Positions 17,085 through 26,838 of a stretch of DNA of 64,000 nucleotides are shown piece by piece. Source of the DNA: Acidobacteriota bacterium. Lineage in GTDB: Bacteria > Acidobacteriota > UBA6911 > RPQK01 > JAJDTT01. Position numbers and translations under genes: made by a program. The stretch spans positions 5,782,169-5,846,168 of the forward strand of contig OZ241897.1 in NCBI GenBank assembly GCA_965203535.1, read 5' to 3'. Every line of letters starts with the position of its first letter. Position 1 is the stretch's first letter. The notes beneath the pieces are model-generated. The model ran no database searches, was not told the DNA's origin, and worked only from the letters and a program-made list of their open reading frames with translations.

Positions 17085-19418
17085 CTACCCCGCGGGAGAG
17101 AAGATCGGCACCAGGAAAACCAGAAGAATCAGAATCACCACCGTCAGGGGCGTCCCGACCCGGATGTAGTCGATGCTTCGATACCCTCCGGCCCCCATCA
17201 CCAGGAGGTTGGCCTTGTGGCTGAACGGCGTCATGAAGGCCGCCGATGCGGCCAGACTGACGCTCATCATGACCGTATACGGATCAAGCCCCATTTGGGC
17301 GCCGGCATTCAACGCCACGGGCGCCAGCAGCACCACCGCGGGGGCCCCGTCCAGACCCTGGCTCATGAGGCTCGTCAGCAACACCAACGCGGCCAGGATC
17401 CCATATTCGCCCCAGGGTCCCGCCAACCCGGTCACGGCATTGGCCAGCAGAAGCGCCGCCCCCGTGTGCTCCATGGCCGACCCGAACGCCAAAACCGCCG
17501 CCACCAGAAAGATGGCCCTCCACTCGATGGCGCGGTACGCCTCCTCCATGGTCAGGGTCCCGAAGAGAAGAACCAGGCTCGCCGCCGTAAACGCCGCGAC
17601 GTGGATCGGCTGAAAGCCGCTGACCACCATGGCCACCATCACCAACAACCCCGTCAAGGCGAAGGGCGCCTTGCGGGTGCGCCGGGGCCGGCGTTCCGCC
17701 CGGGAGAACAGGACCAGGTCGGCGTCCAGCTCCAGATGCCGAATCCGGTCCCAGCGTCCTTGCAGCAGCAGTGCGTCTCCGAAACGCAAGGCAAGGTCCG
17801 CCAATCCCGAATGGATGGGCCGGCCTTCCCGCCAGACGGCCAGGATCTGAAGGCCGAATCGATCCCGGAACTTCACTTCGTTGAGGGTGCGCCCCACCAG
17901 GGACGAGCGCGGCGCGAGGGCGGCTTCGGCAAGGCCCACGTCGTCCGTTTCCAGGGAGATTCCCCCGATACCCGGATCGAGCTCCACGTCTCCCGTCCCG
18001 AGACGGCGCACGATCTGTTCCGGGTCCCCCGAAACCAACAACCCGTCGCCCTCCCGGATCTCGGCATCCGCGAACACCCCCAAATGGGTCATGCCTCCAC
18101 GGATGATGGCGCCTACGGTGACACCCGCCAACTCGCCGATCCGGCTGTTGCCGACCGTCGAGCCCACCAGGGCGGACCCCTCGGGAACCCGGATCACGAA
18201 AAGCTGATCCCATATGTTTCTCAGTACGGACAATCCCACTTCCCTGACCCGCAAGTCACTTTGGGAACGCAGTCTCTCCAGGTGGGCCCGGGCCCCCAGC
18301 GCCAACAACTCGTCATTTTTCCGCAGTGTCCTCTTGGCCAAGTCCTCCTTCAGATACTCATCACCCCGATGGATCGCCACGACGACGGCGCCAAAGCGCT
18401 TCCGGAAATGAACTTCCCGCAGACTTCTTCCCGGCAGGCCGGAGCCATCCGGCAATTGGAGCCGAACCCCCGTCACCCCCTTGACCGGCCGCGGCAGTTG
18501 TCCGGCCGTGGTCTCCTGAAGCGTCAAGTCCCGGACTTTCATCAGGTCCCGGAGATCCGAGCGGTTCCCTTCCACCAGCAGCACGTCCCCACTCCTGAGG
18601 AACGTCCCCGGTTCCGGGACCAGCCGTTTCCCGGCGCGCCGCAAAATGGCGACGACCTTGATCCCCAGAGCGGTCCCGAGCCGCGATTCTCCCAGGGAGA
18701 TGCCATCCAGCCGGGATTGGGGAGGAATCCGGATTGAGAACAACCGTTCGTGCAACTGGTAGACCTGGGACAATTGGGACGACCCGCTGGTGACCGGTCC
18801 CACCTCGCGCCGGGGCAACAACTTTTGGCCCAGGGTCACCATGAACAGGATCCCGGCCGCCAGGAGGGCCAGGCCGACGGGAGTGAAGTCGAACAGCCCG
18901 AAGGGCTCCAGGCCCCGTTCCCGCATGATGGTCCCGCCAAGGATATTGGGGGGAGTGCCGACCAAGGTGGTGGTGCCTCCCAAAATGGCCCCGAAGGCGA
19001 GGGGCATGAAGAGCCTGGACGGAGGAATTCCGCTCCGGTAGGCGATGCTGCCGACGGCCGGCATGAGGACCGCCGTCGCCGCTATGTTGTTCATGAAGGC
19101 GGAGAGCAGTCCCGCAATCGCCATCAGGATCACGGTCAGTGGGATCTCCCGGCTCCCGACAAGCGTATAGATGAACCCTCCGGCACGATCGGCGACACCG
19201 GTGTGCAAGAGTGCGGCACTGACGATGAAAACGGACATCATGGTGATGACCGCCGGCGACGAGAAGCCGGTGAAAGCCTCTGCCGGCGTGACGTATCCCA
19301 CCAGGGTCAGGACCACCAGGCCCAGGAAGGCGGTCAAATCGACCGGAAGCTTTTCGGTCAGGAACAGGTAGGCCATGACCGCCAGAAGAACAAAGAGAAA
19401 GGCGATTTCCGGCGTCAT
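17085..19418 (-). CDS. SLC13/DASS-family anion permease with two central TrkA-C regulatory domains
   Basis: 777 aa. Permease halves (…AFMNNIAATAVLMPAVGSIA… and …SFAPSGFTMAASAALSVSMMVTYPDLGMQAGANLAVPAL…) flank two TrkA-C-like segments (…GESRLGTALGIKVVAILRRAGKRLVPEPGTFLRSGDVLLVEG…). Confidence 0.75.
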   Translation of the reverse strand: MTPEIAFLFVLLAVMAYLFLTEKLPVDLTAFLGLVVLTLVGYVTPAEAFTGFSSPAVITMMSVFIVSAALLHTGVADRAGGFIYTLVGSREIPLTVILMAIAGLLSAFMNNIAATAVLMPAVGSIAYRSGIPPSRLFMPLAFGAILGGTTTLVGTPPNILGGTIMRERGLEPFGLFDFTPVGLALLAAGILFMVTLGQKLLPRREVGPVTSGSSQLSQVYQLHERLFSIRIPPQSRLDGISLGESRLGTALGIKVVAILRRAGKRLVPEPGTFLRSGDVLLVEGNRSDLRDLMKVRDLTLQETTAGQLPRPVKGVTGVRLQLPDGSGLPGRSLREVHFRKRFGAVVVAIHRGDEYLKEDLAKRTLRKNDELLALGARAHLERLRSQSDLRVREVGLSVLRNIWDQLFVIRVPEGSALVGSTVGNSRIGELAGVTVGAIIRGGMTHLGVFADAEIREGDGLLVSGDPEQIVRRLGTGDVELDPGIGGISLETDDVGLAEAALAPRSSLVGRTLNEVKFRDRFGLQILAVWREGRPIHSGLADLALRFGDALLLQGRWDRIRHLELDADLVLFSRAERRPRRTRKAPFALTGLLVMVAMVVSGFQPIHVAAFTAASLVLLFGTLTMEEAYRAIEWRAIFLVAAVLAFGSAMEHTGAALLLANAVTGLAGPWGEYGILAALVLLTSLMSQGLDGAPAVVLLAPVALNAGAQMGLDPYTVMMSVSLAASAAFMTPFSHKANLLVMGAGGYRSIDYIRVGTPLTVVILILLVFLVPIFSPAG

Positions 19419-19570
19419 AGGCGTGTTTCTCTAATAACACCGGCGCCTTGAACCGGTCAATCCGGCTTGGCGGAACCGCAGCGAAACAATCCCGGCCCGG
19501 CCGCGTACTGGATGGGTGACAGTCATGCGAAAGACACGCATTCGGAACAGTCACAGGAGGTAGATCGGAA

Positions 19571-20182
19571 ATGTCTCAACAGAGTCGGATCGTCCCATTG
19601 TTTGCCGCGGTTCTGGCATTGGTCTGGGTGGGGCCGCATTCCGTCGCGGCGGAGGCCCCGGACTTCTCGGGGAGCTGGATCCTCAACGAGGACAAGAGCG
19701 AGATGCCGCGTTTCGGACGCGGCCGCGGCGGGGGCCGGGACGGCGGCTTTCGCGGCGGCGGCCGCGGTGGCGGCGGTCGAGGCGACGGGGGCCGGGAGGG
19801 CGGCTTTCGCGGTGGCCGGCGCGGCGGCGGCCGGGGCGCTGCAATGGCTCCGTCGCGATTGTCGGTGCAGCAGGATAAAGATACTCTGACCGTGGTCCAC
19901 GAAGGGAGACGAGGCCGGTCCCAGGAGATCACTTTCAAGCCCGGCGCCGGACCCCAGGAGGTCTCCTCCTTCATGGGAGTGGGGATGGTCGAGTCCAAGT
20001 GGAAGGGCTCGGAACTGGAAGTCAAGCAGGTCCAGGAACGTGAGACTCCCAGGGGCAACTTCAAGATCGAGCAGAAGACACGGTGGAGCCTCTCGGACGA
20101 CGGCAGGACCTTGACCACGAAAGTCACGCTCAAGACGCCCCGGGGCGACATGGACCATACGCTGGTCTACGACAAGGAATGA
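19571..20182 (+). CDS. Secreted protein with a Gly/Arg-rich (RGG/GGFRGG) low-complexity region
   Basis: Signal peptide MSQQSRIVPLFAAVLALVWVGPHSVAAEA. GRGRGGGRDGGFRGGGRGGGGRGDGGREGGFRGGRRGGGRG stretch. A structured C-terminal ~100 aa follows. The stop overlaps (ATGA) the start of the next gene. Confidence 0.6.
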   Translation: MSQQSRIVPLFAAVLALVWVGPHSVAAEAPDFSGSWILNEDKSEMPRFGRGRGGGRDGGFRGGGRGGGGRGDGGREGGFRGGRRGGGRGAAMAPSRLSVQQDKDTLTVVHEGRRGRSQEITFKPGAGPQEVSSFMGVGMVESKWKGSELEVKQVQERETPRGNFKIEQKTRWSLSDDGRTLTTKVTLKTPRGDMDHTLVYDKE

Positions 20183-23100
20183 TGCGGCACCCTCCATCCA
20201 GGACGCGGCGCCACCGTTGGAGGTTTTCGGCGGTGGCGTCGCTGCTCTGCTTGACTCCCTGTTTCGGAGCTCCGGACCCGGACCTCCTGCATCGACTCGC
20301 CCGCGTGCTCGAGCTGAGAAAAGAGCTGCTGTCGGGCTATTCGGTGGAGGTCGAGAACCGGACCGTGGCCAACACTCCCTTCGGCAATCAACGGTTCGAT
20401 TCCCGGGAACGCCACTACCTGGGAGGCACGGAAGAGTTCAAGAAGGAGATCCTGAGCCTGAGGCGCAACGGCCAACCCATGGACCCCAACTCCCGGCGCC
20501 GCCGGGGCGGACGTTTCATGAATGCGCTCGGTCCGCTGGAAGGGCTCGACATTCTGACCTCTCGGGATTTTCTCAGGAAGGCGGCGATTGCAGGCCCCGG
20601 GCAGGTGGACGAACGGCCCGCCGTCGAGGTGAGGACGGAGCCCAAGATCCCTGGCTTGAAGGTTCGGGAGGCCCGCATCTGGATCGATCCTGAAACCGCC
20701 ATGCCGCTCCGGGTCCGGTTGCGTTTCTCGGCCGGAGTGTTCATCAGCGACGCCCGCCTGACTCTGAACCTGGCTCTCGACTCCAACCAGGGGATCACCG
20801 TGCCCCGGTCCCAGACGGCCACCGTCACCATGGGCGGCTTCGGCCGGGGGGGCGGATTCGGAAGAGGAGACCGCCCCGGCCGTGGAGGAGGCGGCGGCGG
20901 GAGGATGGGCTTCGGCGGCGGGTTCGAGATCGAAACCTCCCAGACGTGGAAGGGGTACCGGTGGGGCTTGGAGTTCGAGAAGGACTTCTTCAAGGCCCAG
21001 GCCAGTCCCGAGCCTTCCAGGCAACGCCGGCCGCGACGCCGGAATGCTCTCGAAGAGGACCCCTTCGAAGAGATCCGCATCGGGGGTCAACAGAGCTTCG
21101 GCGGCCGGGACAGGAGTCTGGAGCAAACCACGGAAGAGGTGTTGATCCAGGGAGCGTCACTCCGCCAGGGAGGCGGCTTCGGCGCCAGCGAAAGTCAGAT
21201 CATGGGCGCCGTCATGGGCCGCGGGGGACGCGGCGGGCGCGGCGGATTCCGGGGAGCCCGCATCGCCGGCGGCCGGGTCAACCGGGTTCAGGGCTCCGTT
21301 TCCATGGGATTCTCCGGATCGGCGCTGGATGCGAAACCGTATTCCCTGGACGGTGGAGAAACGCCGGACCCGGACTACGTTTCGTGGAACGCGGGGGTGT
21401 CGGCAGGCGGCCCGCTGACCCGGCAGGACGATTCGTCGAGGAGATCCTTTTTCGGCCGCCGCCGTTCGTTTTTCTTCGCCGACTTCAACGCCAACTGGGG
21501 CGACCAACTGAGAACCCAATACGCTTCGGTTCCCACGGCCGCGGAACGGCAAGGGGACTTCTCTCAAACCGTCTATCGATCCGGTCCACTGGCGGGCGAA
21601 CCGGTCCGAATATTCGATCCCTCCAGCGGCCGGGCCTACTCCGGGGCATCGCTTCCGAGTGACCGGCTCAATCCCGTATCCCAATCGCTGCTCTCCTTCT
21701 TTCCCCTCCCCAACCGCGGCGACCCCTATCTCAACTACTTGAACCTGGAACCCCTGGGCATTGCGGGAAACCGATTGAATTCCCGGATCTTCCACTCCCT
21801 TTCCGACTCGCTGCGAGTGACGGGAGGCTACAACTTCAACCGCAGCGACCGGGATGAATTCAACGCGTTTCCGGCCCTTTACGGCAGCGGCAGCGAGCGC
21901 GGACAGAATCTCTCGTTGAACCTGGTCCAAACCACGGCGGGCGGCCTGCTGCACAACGTGCGGGTTCGTTGGAACCGGAACCGGAGCCGGCGGCTCAACC
22001 CGTTCGCTTTTCAATCCAACGTCAGCTCCGACCTGGGCATCCGGAACACGTCGATGGCCCCCATCGATTTCGGACTCCCCCAGATTCAGTTCACCAACTA
22101 CACCTCGCTCTCCGATGGCAGCTCCTCCTTGAACATCCGGGAGACGCATTCGGTGGGCGACTCGCTCCAGTTGACCTTTGCGGGACACCATTTCCGCATC
22201 GGCGGGGAGGTGGCCTGGAACCGGCGGAATCAGTTGGGCAACCCGGAAGGCGCGGGTGTCCAGATCTTCGCCGGGGTGGCCACCAGCGCCTATGGTTCGG
22301 GCCGTCCCGTGGCTGGGACCGGCTACGACTTCGCCGACTTCCTGCTCGGGTTCGCCCAGAGCAGCCGGATCCGGTACGGCAACAGCGACCACTACCTGAG
22401 GGCGCCGGAATACTCCCTCTTCATCAACGACAACTGGAGGATCCACTCCAGGCTCACCCTCCAGTGGGGTCTCCGCTACCAATACGTGGCGCCGTGGGTG
22501 GAAGTGTACGACCGGATGGCCAACCTGGACGTCTCCCCCGGGTTCCAGTCGGCGGCGACCGTATTTCCGGGAAGCCGGGGACCCTGGTCGGGAACCGTTC
22601 CGCGAGCGCTGATCCGGGACGACCGCAACAACCTGGCCCCGCGGGTCGCGCTGGCCCTCCGCCTCAGGTCCGGCCAATGGGCGTCTGTCCTCCGGGCCAA
22701 TTACGGAGTCTTCCATCCCCACGAGTCCTACGCCGCCCTGTCCGGAGAGCTGATCTCGCAGCCCCCCTTCGGATTCGCGATCCAGCAAACGGTGGCCGGA
22801 CAGGACTTTCTTCCCATCGAATCGGCGTTCTCCAGCGATCTTGAAGAGGACGTCCCCAATACCTACGCGGTGGACCCGAACTTCCGCCTGCCCACGGTGC
22901 AGGCCTGGAACCTGTCTCTGCAGCAGTCGCTCCCCCGCAACTTTTTCCTCAGCCTGGGCTACGCCGGCTCGCGGGGGACGGGTCTGGAACTGCTCCGCGC
23001 CCCCAACCGGCTCCTGGACGGGATTCAACGGATCCACGACACGGCCCAGTTCCTGTTCCTGACTCCGGGGGCCTCCTCCTATTTCCACGGCCTCCAGGTG

Positions 23101-23811
23101 TTGGCGGTGCGGCGGGTCCGGTCCGGCTTCACGCTGAACCTCCGCTACGAGTACGGCAAATCGCTGGACAACGCGGCCACGCTCTCAGGAGGCGGCCGCG
23201 TGGTGGCCCAGAACGACGACGACTTGAACTCGGAGTGGGGACCCTCCAACCTGGACCGGCGCCACAGCCTGCGCCTGGGCGGTTTCTATGAGCTCCCCTT
23301 CGGAGACCGCCACCGTTGGCTCCGGGACCGGGGCGTCCTCAGTGCCATCTTCAGCAACTGGTTTGTCACCACGAATCTCAGGGTCAACAGCGGCCGCTTC
23401 CTGACGGCCCGTGTTTTGGGCAACCAGATCAACAACAGCGGCAGCGCCTCCCAGGCCAGCGAGCGGGCCAGCGTGACGGGACTTCCCGTCATGCTGTCCG
23501 CTTCCCAACGCTCCACCGGAGCCTGGTTCAATACCGCGGCCTTCCGCCTCCCCGACCCGGGGAGCTTCGGGGACGCCGGTCGCAACACCATCCAGGGTCC
23601 GGGATCCTGGACCATCGACCTGAGCCTGGCCAGGTCCATCCCGGTGGGAGGTGAAGGGATGCGGCTGATCCTGCAGGCCGATGCCACCAACCTGCTGAAT
23701 CATGTCAACTACACCGGATTGAACACCATCGTGAACTCCCGCGGGTTCGGACAGATCACCTCGGTCTCCGAGATGCGGCGGATCCAGTTGCGCCTGAGAT
23801 TCATGTTCTGA
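20179..23811 (+). CDS. Large Oar-like TonB-dependent-receptor-like outer membrane protein with an N-terminal RGG/GGF-repeat extension
   Basis: Start MMRHPPSRTRRHRWRFSAVASLLCLTPCFG, a signal-like peptide. Gly/Arg repeats (GGFGRGGGFGRGDRPGRGGGGGGRMGFGGGFE; GRGGRGGRGGFRG). The C-terminal ~800 aa has beta-barrel character and a terminal ...RLRFMF ending in an aromatic residue, typical of acidobacterial TonB-dependent receptor-like proteins. Confidence 0.7.
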   Translation: MMRHPPSRTRRHRWRFSAVASLLCLTPCFGAPDPDLLHRLARVLELRKELLSGYSVEVENRTVANTPFGNQRFDSRERHYLGGTEEFKKEILSLRRNGQPMDPNSRRRRGGRFMNALGPLEGLDILTSRDFLRKAAIAGPGQVDERPAVEVRTEPKIPGLKVREARIWIDPETAMPLRVRLRFSAGVFISDARLTLNLALDSNQGITVPRSQTATVTMGGFGRGGGFGRGDRPGRGGGGGGRMGFGGGFEIETSQTWKGYRWGLEFEKDFFKAQASPEPSRQRRPRRRNALEEDPFEEIRIGGQQSFGGRDRSLEQTTEEVLIQGASLRQGGGFGASESQIMGAVMGRGGRGGRGGFRGARIAGGRVNRVQGSVSMGFSGSALDAKPYSLDGGETPDPDYVSWNAGVSAGGPLTRQDDSSRRSFFGRRRSFFFADFNANWGDQLRTQYASVPTAAERQGDFSQTVYRSGPLAGEPVRIFDPSSGRAYSGASLPSDRLNPVSQSLLSFFPLPNRGDPYLNYLNLEPLGIAGNRLNSRIFHSLSDSLRVTGGYNFNRSDRDEFNAFPALYGSGSERGQNLSLNLVQTTAGGLLHNVRVRWNRNRSRRLNPFAFQSNVSSDLGIRNTSMAPIDFGLPQIQFTNYTSLSDGSSSLNIRETHSVGDSLQLTFAGHHFRIGGEVAWNRRNQLGNPEGAGVQIFAGVATSAYGSGRPVAGTGYDFADFLLGFAQSSRIRYGNSDHYLRAPEYSLFINDNWRIHSRLTLQWGLRYQYVAPWVEVYDRMANLDVSPGFQSAATVFPGSRGPWSGTVPRALIRDDRNNLAPRVALALRLRSGQWASVLRANYGVFHPHESYAALSGELISQPPFGFAIQQTVAGQDFLPIESAFSSDLEEDVPNTYAVDPNFRLPTVQAWNLSLQQSLPRNFFLSLGYAGSRGTGLELLRAPNRLLDGIQRIHDTAQFLFLTPGASSYFHGLQVLAVRRVRSGFTLNLRYEYGKSLDNAATLSGGGRVVAQNDDDLNSEWGPSNLDRRHSLRLGGFYELPFGDRHRWLRDRGVLSAIFSNWFVTTNLRVNSGRFLTARVLGNQINNSGSASQASERASVTGLPVMLSASQRSTGAWFNTAAFRLPDPGSFGDAGRNTIQGPGSWTIDLSLARSIPVGGEGMRLILQADATNLLNHVNYTGLNTIVNSRGFGQITSVSEMRRIQLRLRFMF

Positions 23812-23832
23812 CGCCAACGTCCCTGACTGTCC

Positions 23833-25920
23833 ATGAAGCTGCTTGCCGGAACTGAAAACAGGGATCCTCCGAACCGGCCCGCGTCCGGAGCCCGGCGCCT
23901 GGCCCGGATGTTTGCGTCCGCCATGGTCTGTCTTCTGGCCTGGAACGGCCTGTGGAGCCAGGACTCCCCCATCCGTTTCCGGGTGAGGACGAATCTGATC
24001 CTGGTGGACGTCCAGGTCCGGGATGCGGACGGGCGTCCGGTCCGGGGGCTGAAGGCGGAGGACTTCACCCTTATCGAGGAGGGAGTCTCCCCGAAGATCG
24101 GGTATTTCCAAGAGGTGTTCCTGCCCCTCACCAGCGAGCGGGTCACCGTCCGGCGAGCCGAACCCAAGACCCCGCCCGCGGCCTCTCCCGCCGGGTCCGG
24201 CGCGGACCATCCGGCCACGCCCGAGAAGCGCTACCTGATCCTCCTCTTCAACTTCTCCAACGCCAACATCCAGGACTCGAGGATGATGCGCGAGTCGGCT
24301 CTCCGGTTCCTGGACCGGCAACTGACTCCGCAAGACGCCGTCGCCGTCCTGGCCTACGACCAGGGACTCGAGCTTCTCGTGGATTTCACCTCCGACCCCG
24401 GAGAATTGTCCCGGGTCCTGGGAGGCCTCTCCCAACGGGATCGGGAAAGCGACGTCTCGTTGCCGGATGAGGATTCGGACGCGGCCGCCGGCGGGGAGTT
24501 TCTGGCCGACGAGACCGAGTTCGCCCTGTTCGAGAGCAACCACCAGCTCAGCGCCATCCAGGCCATCGCCGATGCCTTCCGCGACGTTCCCGGAAGGAAG
24601 GCCCTGGTCTACTTCTCCGCCGGACTCACCAGCCGCGGAATCGAGAACGACGACCAGCTCCGTTGGACCGCGGATCTCTGCAACCGGGCCAATATCAGCA
24701 TCTATTCCGTCGATGCCCGGGGACTCGTGGCCCTCTCCCCCGGGGGCGGAGCGCATCGTTCGGGAGGGGGACAGGGCATCTTCACGGGCCGGGCGGACCT
24801 CAACCAACTGGTCCGGCTCAGCCAGTCGCGCGAGGGGCTCATCACCCTGGCCGCCGATACCGGCGGTGCGGTGCTCCTGGACGACAACGACCTGGGAAAG
24901 ATCTTCCGCAAGGCCCAGGAGGATTCGAGCCACTACTACCTTCTGGGCTACTACGCTCCCGCCCCACCCCGCGACGGCCGCTTCCGCAAGGTCGAGGTCA
25001 CCGTCAGCCGGCCCGGGCTCCGCCTCGCCTACCGGCAGGGTTACTATGCGGACAAGCCCTACGCCGCCTTGAGCAATCCCGAAAAGGAATTCAAGCTGCT
25101 CCAGACCGTCCTGGAGGGCGACCCCAAGGTCGAATTCCCCGTCGAGATCTCGGCGGAATACTTCCCCGACTTCGAGGGAGGGTACCGGGTTCCCGTCCTG
25201 GCGGCCTTCGATCGCACCGAATTCCCGTCCTTCAGCGAATCCGGGCGGCTCAACCTGGAAGTGATCATCCTGGCCCGCGACCTGAAGGACGTGGCCCGCG
25301 CCGGGCTCCGGGACCGGGTGGAAATCCGCCGGCGCAACGAGGGGGAGAAGGACACCCGCTTCGTTTACCAGAACCTCCTGGTCCTGGGACCCGGCCGGTA
25401 CGTGCTCCGGGTGCTGCTCCGGGACAACCGGTCCGGGTTGTTGTCCCAGATGGACCACCGGTTGGACCTTCCGTCCCGCAAAACGATACAGTCCAGCTCA
25501 CTCGTGTTGGCCGGTAAGCTGGAAGAATCGGCGTCTCAGTCCCGCTACAGGATCAAGACGGGCAAGCAGGTGGCGGAGATCGCCAATCCCCTGGAAATCG
25601 GAGCCCGGGTTCTCATTCCCCGGGTCGGGGGCCGTTTCCACCGGCACGAGACCCTCTACGTGCACGGCCAGGTGGAAACCGCCGATAACGCCGGCGGTGA
25701 ATACAGGATCTTGATTCTGAACGCCGGAGGAATGAACATATACGAAGGAGTTTGGAAGGCCCTTCGCGGAGGATTGGAAAGTACGGCCAGCGTCAATGCA
25801 CGGCTCCCGCTGCAACAACTCGCCCACGGCAAGTATCGAATCGTGGTGGAGGTGCGCTTCGCCGAATCCCGGCCGCATCGTCTGGCTGAGGATTTCCAGA
25901 TCGTTCCCGACGGGGTCTGA
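23833..25920 (+). CDS. VWFA-related acidobacterial-domain secreted protein (VWA domain)
   Basis: FRVRTNLILVDVQVRDADGRPVRGLKAEDFTLIEEGVSPKIGYF matches the TIGR03436-type 'VWFA-related Acidobacterial domain'. The VWA core runs from RYLILLFNFSN to KALVYFSAGL. The true start is possibly MFASAMVCLLA at ~23908. Confidence 0.7.
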   Translation: MKLLAGTENRDPPNRPASGARRLARMFASAMVCLLAWNGLWSQDSPIRFRVRTNLILVDVQVRDADGRPVRGLKAEDFTLIEEGVSPKIGYFQEVFLPLTSERVTVRRAEPKTPPAASPAGSGADHPATPEKRYLILLFNFSNANIQDSRMMRESALRFLDRQLTPQDAVAVLAYDQGLELLVDFTSDPGELSRVLGGLSQRDRESDVSLPDEDSDAAAGGEFLADETEFALFESNHQLSAIQAIADAFRDVPGRKALVYFSAGLTSRGIENDDQLRWTADLCNRANISIYSVDARGLVALSPGGGAHRSGGGQGIFTGRADLNQLVRLSQSREGLITLAADTGGAVLLDDNDLGKIFRKAQEDSSHYYLLGYYAPAPPRDGRFRKVEVTVSRPGLRLAYRQGYYADKPYAALSNPEKEFKLLQTVLEGDPKVEFPVEISAEYFPDFEGGYRVPVLAAFDRTEFPSFSESGRLNLEVIILARDLKDVARAGLRDRVEIRRRNEGEKDTRFVYQNLLVLGPGRYVLRVLLRDNRSGLLSQMDHRLDLPSRKTIQSSSLVLAGKLEESASQSRYRIKTGKQVAEIANPLEIGARVLIPRVGGRFHRHETLYVHGQVETADNAGGEYRILILNAGGMNIYEGVWKALRGGLESTASVNARLPLQQLAHGKYRIVVEVRFAESRPHRLAEDFQIVPDGV

Positions 25921-25955
25921 AATCGTGGCCGCCGCCTGAGAAACGAGGTTCGCCC

Positions 25956-26774
25956 ATGCGAAAATCGATCCTGCTTGCCTCCTGCATCCTGTTGCTGACC
26001 ACCGCCCCGGTCTGGCCCCGAAAATTCTGGAAGGAATCCGCGTACTCCGACTGGTCCGAGAAGGAAGTGATGCGGATGCTCAACAAGTCTCCCTGGGCGA
26101 AGGAGATGATCGTGAGCTTGCAGCGGCCCCGGGGCGTCACGGGAACCACCATGCGAACGGGCCGCCGCGACGGTCCCAACCGGTCGGGACGGGGCTTCGG
26201 CTCCGGCGGAGGTCTCGGCGGCGGCGGTGGCGGTTTCGGCGGTGGTCGAGGCGGTGGCCGAGGGTTCGGCGGTCGCGGCATGGGCCGGGGCTTTCCCCCC
26301 GCCATGAATCTGACGCTGCGATGGTACAGCGCCCTGCCCATCAAGCAGGCATTCGCGCGCGCCCGGTTCGGCGATCAGGCGGAGCCGACAGCCGAATTGG
26401 CCGAGCTCCTGGCTCCGGAAGCGAACTACATCATCATCGGCGTTGGCGGACTGCCGGCCCGCATGACCCGGATTCCTCCCGATCGGCAGCAGGCGGTAGT
26501 CGAAAGGCTGAGGTCCGAATCTTTCCTCAAGGTCAAAGGCCGCGAGCCCATTGCTCTCGAGGCCGTCCAGATGCAAAAGGACCAGGTTCACCTTCTGAAC
26601 GCGCAAACCGGCCAGGGCGGCTTCGAATTGATCTTCGTCTTTCCCCGCCCCACCTCGAATCCCATCACCTTGAAGGAAAAGAACATCGAGTTCGTCACCC
26701 GGCTCATGGGCCGCAAGGTCTCCAAGAAGTTCAAGCTCAAGGACATGGTCTTCGACGGCAAGCTGGAGCTTTGA
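25956..26774 (+). CDS. Secreted protein with a Gly/Arg-rich (GRG/GGF) low-complexity region
   Basis: Signal peptide MRKSILLASCILLLTTAPVWP. GRRDGPNRSGRGFGSGGGLGGGGGGFGGGRGGGRGFGGRGMGRGF stretch. A structured C-terminal half follows. Confidence 0.6.
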   Translation: MRKSILLASCILLLTTAPVWPRKFWKESAYSDWSEKEVMRMLNKSPWAKEMIVSLQRPRGVTGTTMRTGRRDGPNRSGRGFGSGGGLGGGGGGFGGGRGGGRGFGGRGMGRGFPPAMNLTLRWYSALPIKQAFARARFGDQAEPTAELAELLAPEANYIIIGVGGLPARMTRIPPDRQQAVVERLRSESFLKVKGREPIALEAVQMQKDQVHLLNAQTGQGGFELIFVFPRPTSNPITLKEKNIEFVTRLMGRKVSKKFKLKDMVFDGKLEL

Positions 26775-26838
26775 CGGCGGGTCCGAAACCGCCGAGGACG
26801 ATTTCGGGCCGGGGTCTGCAGGCCGGCGGAACGAAGGT

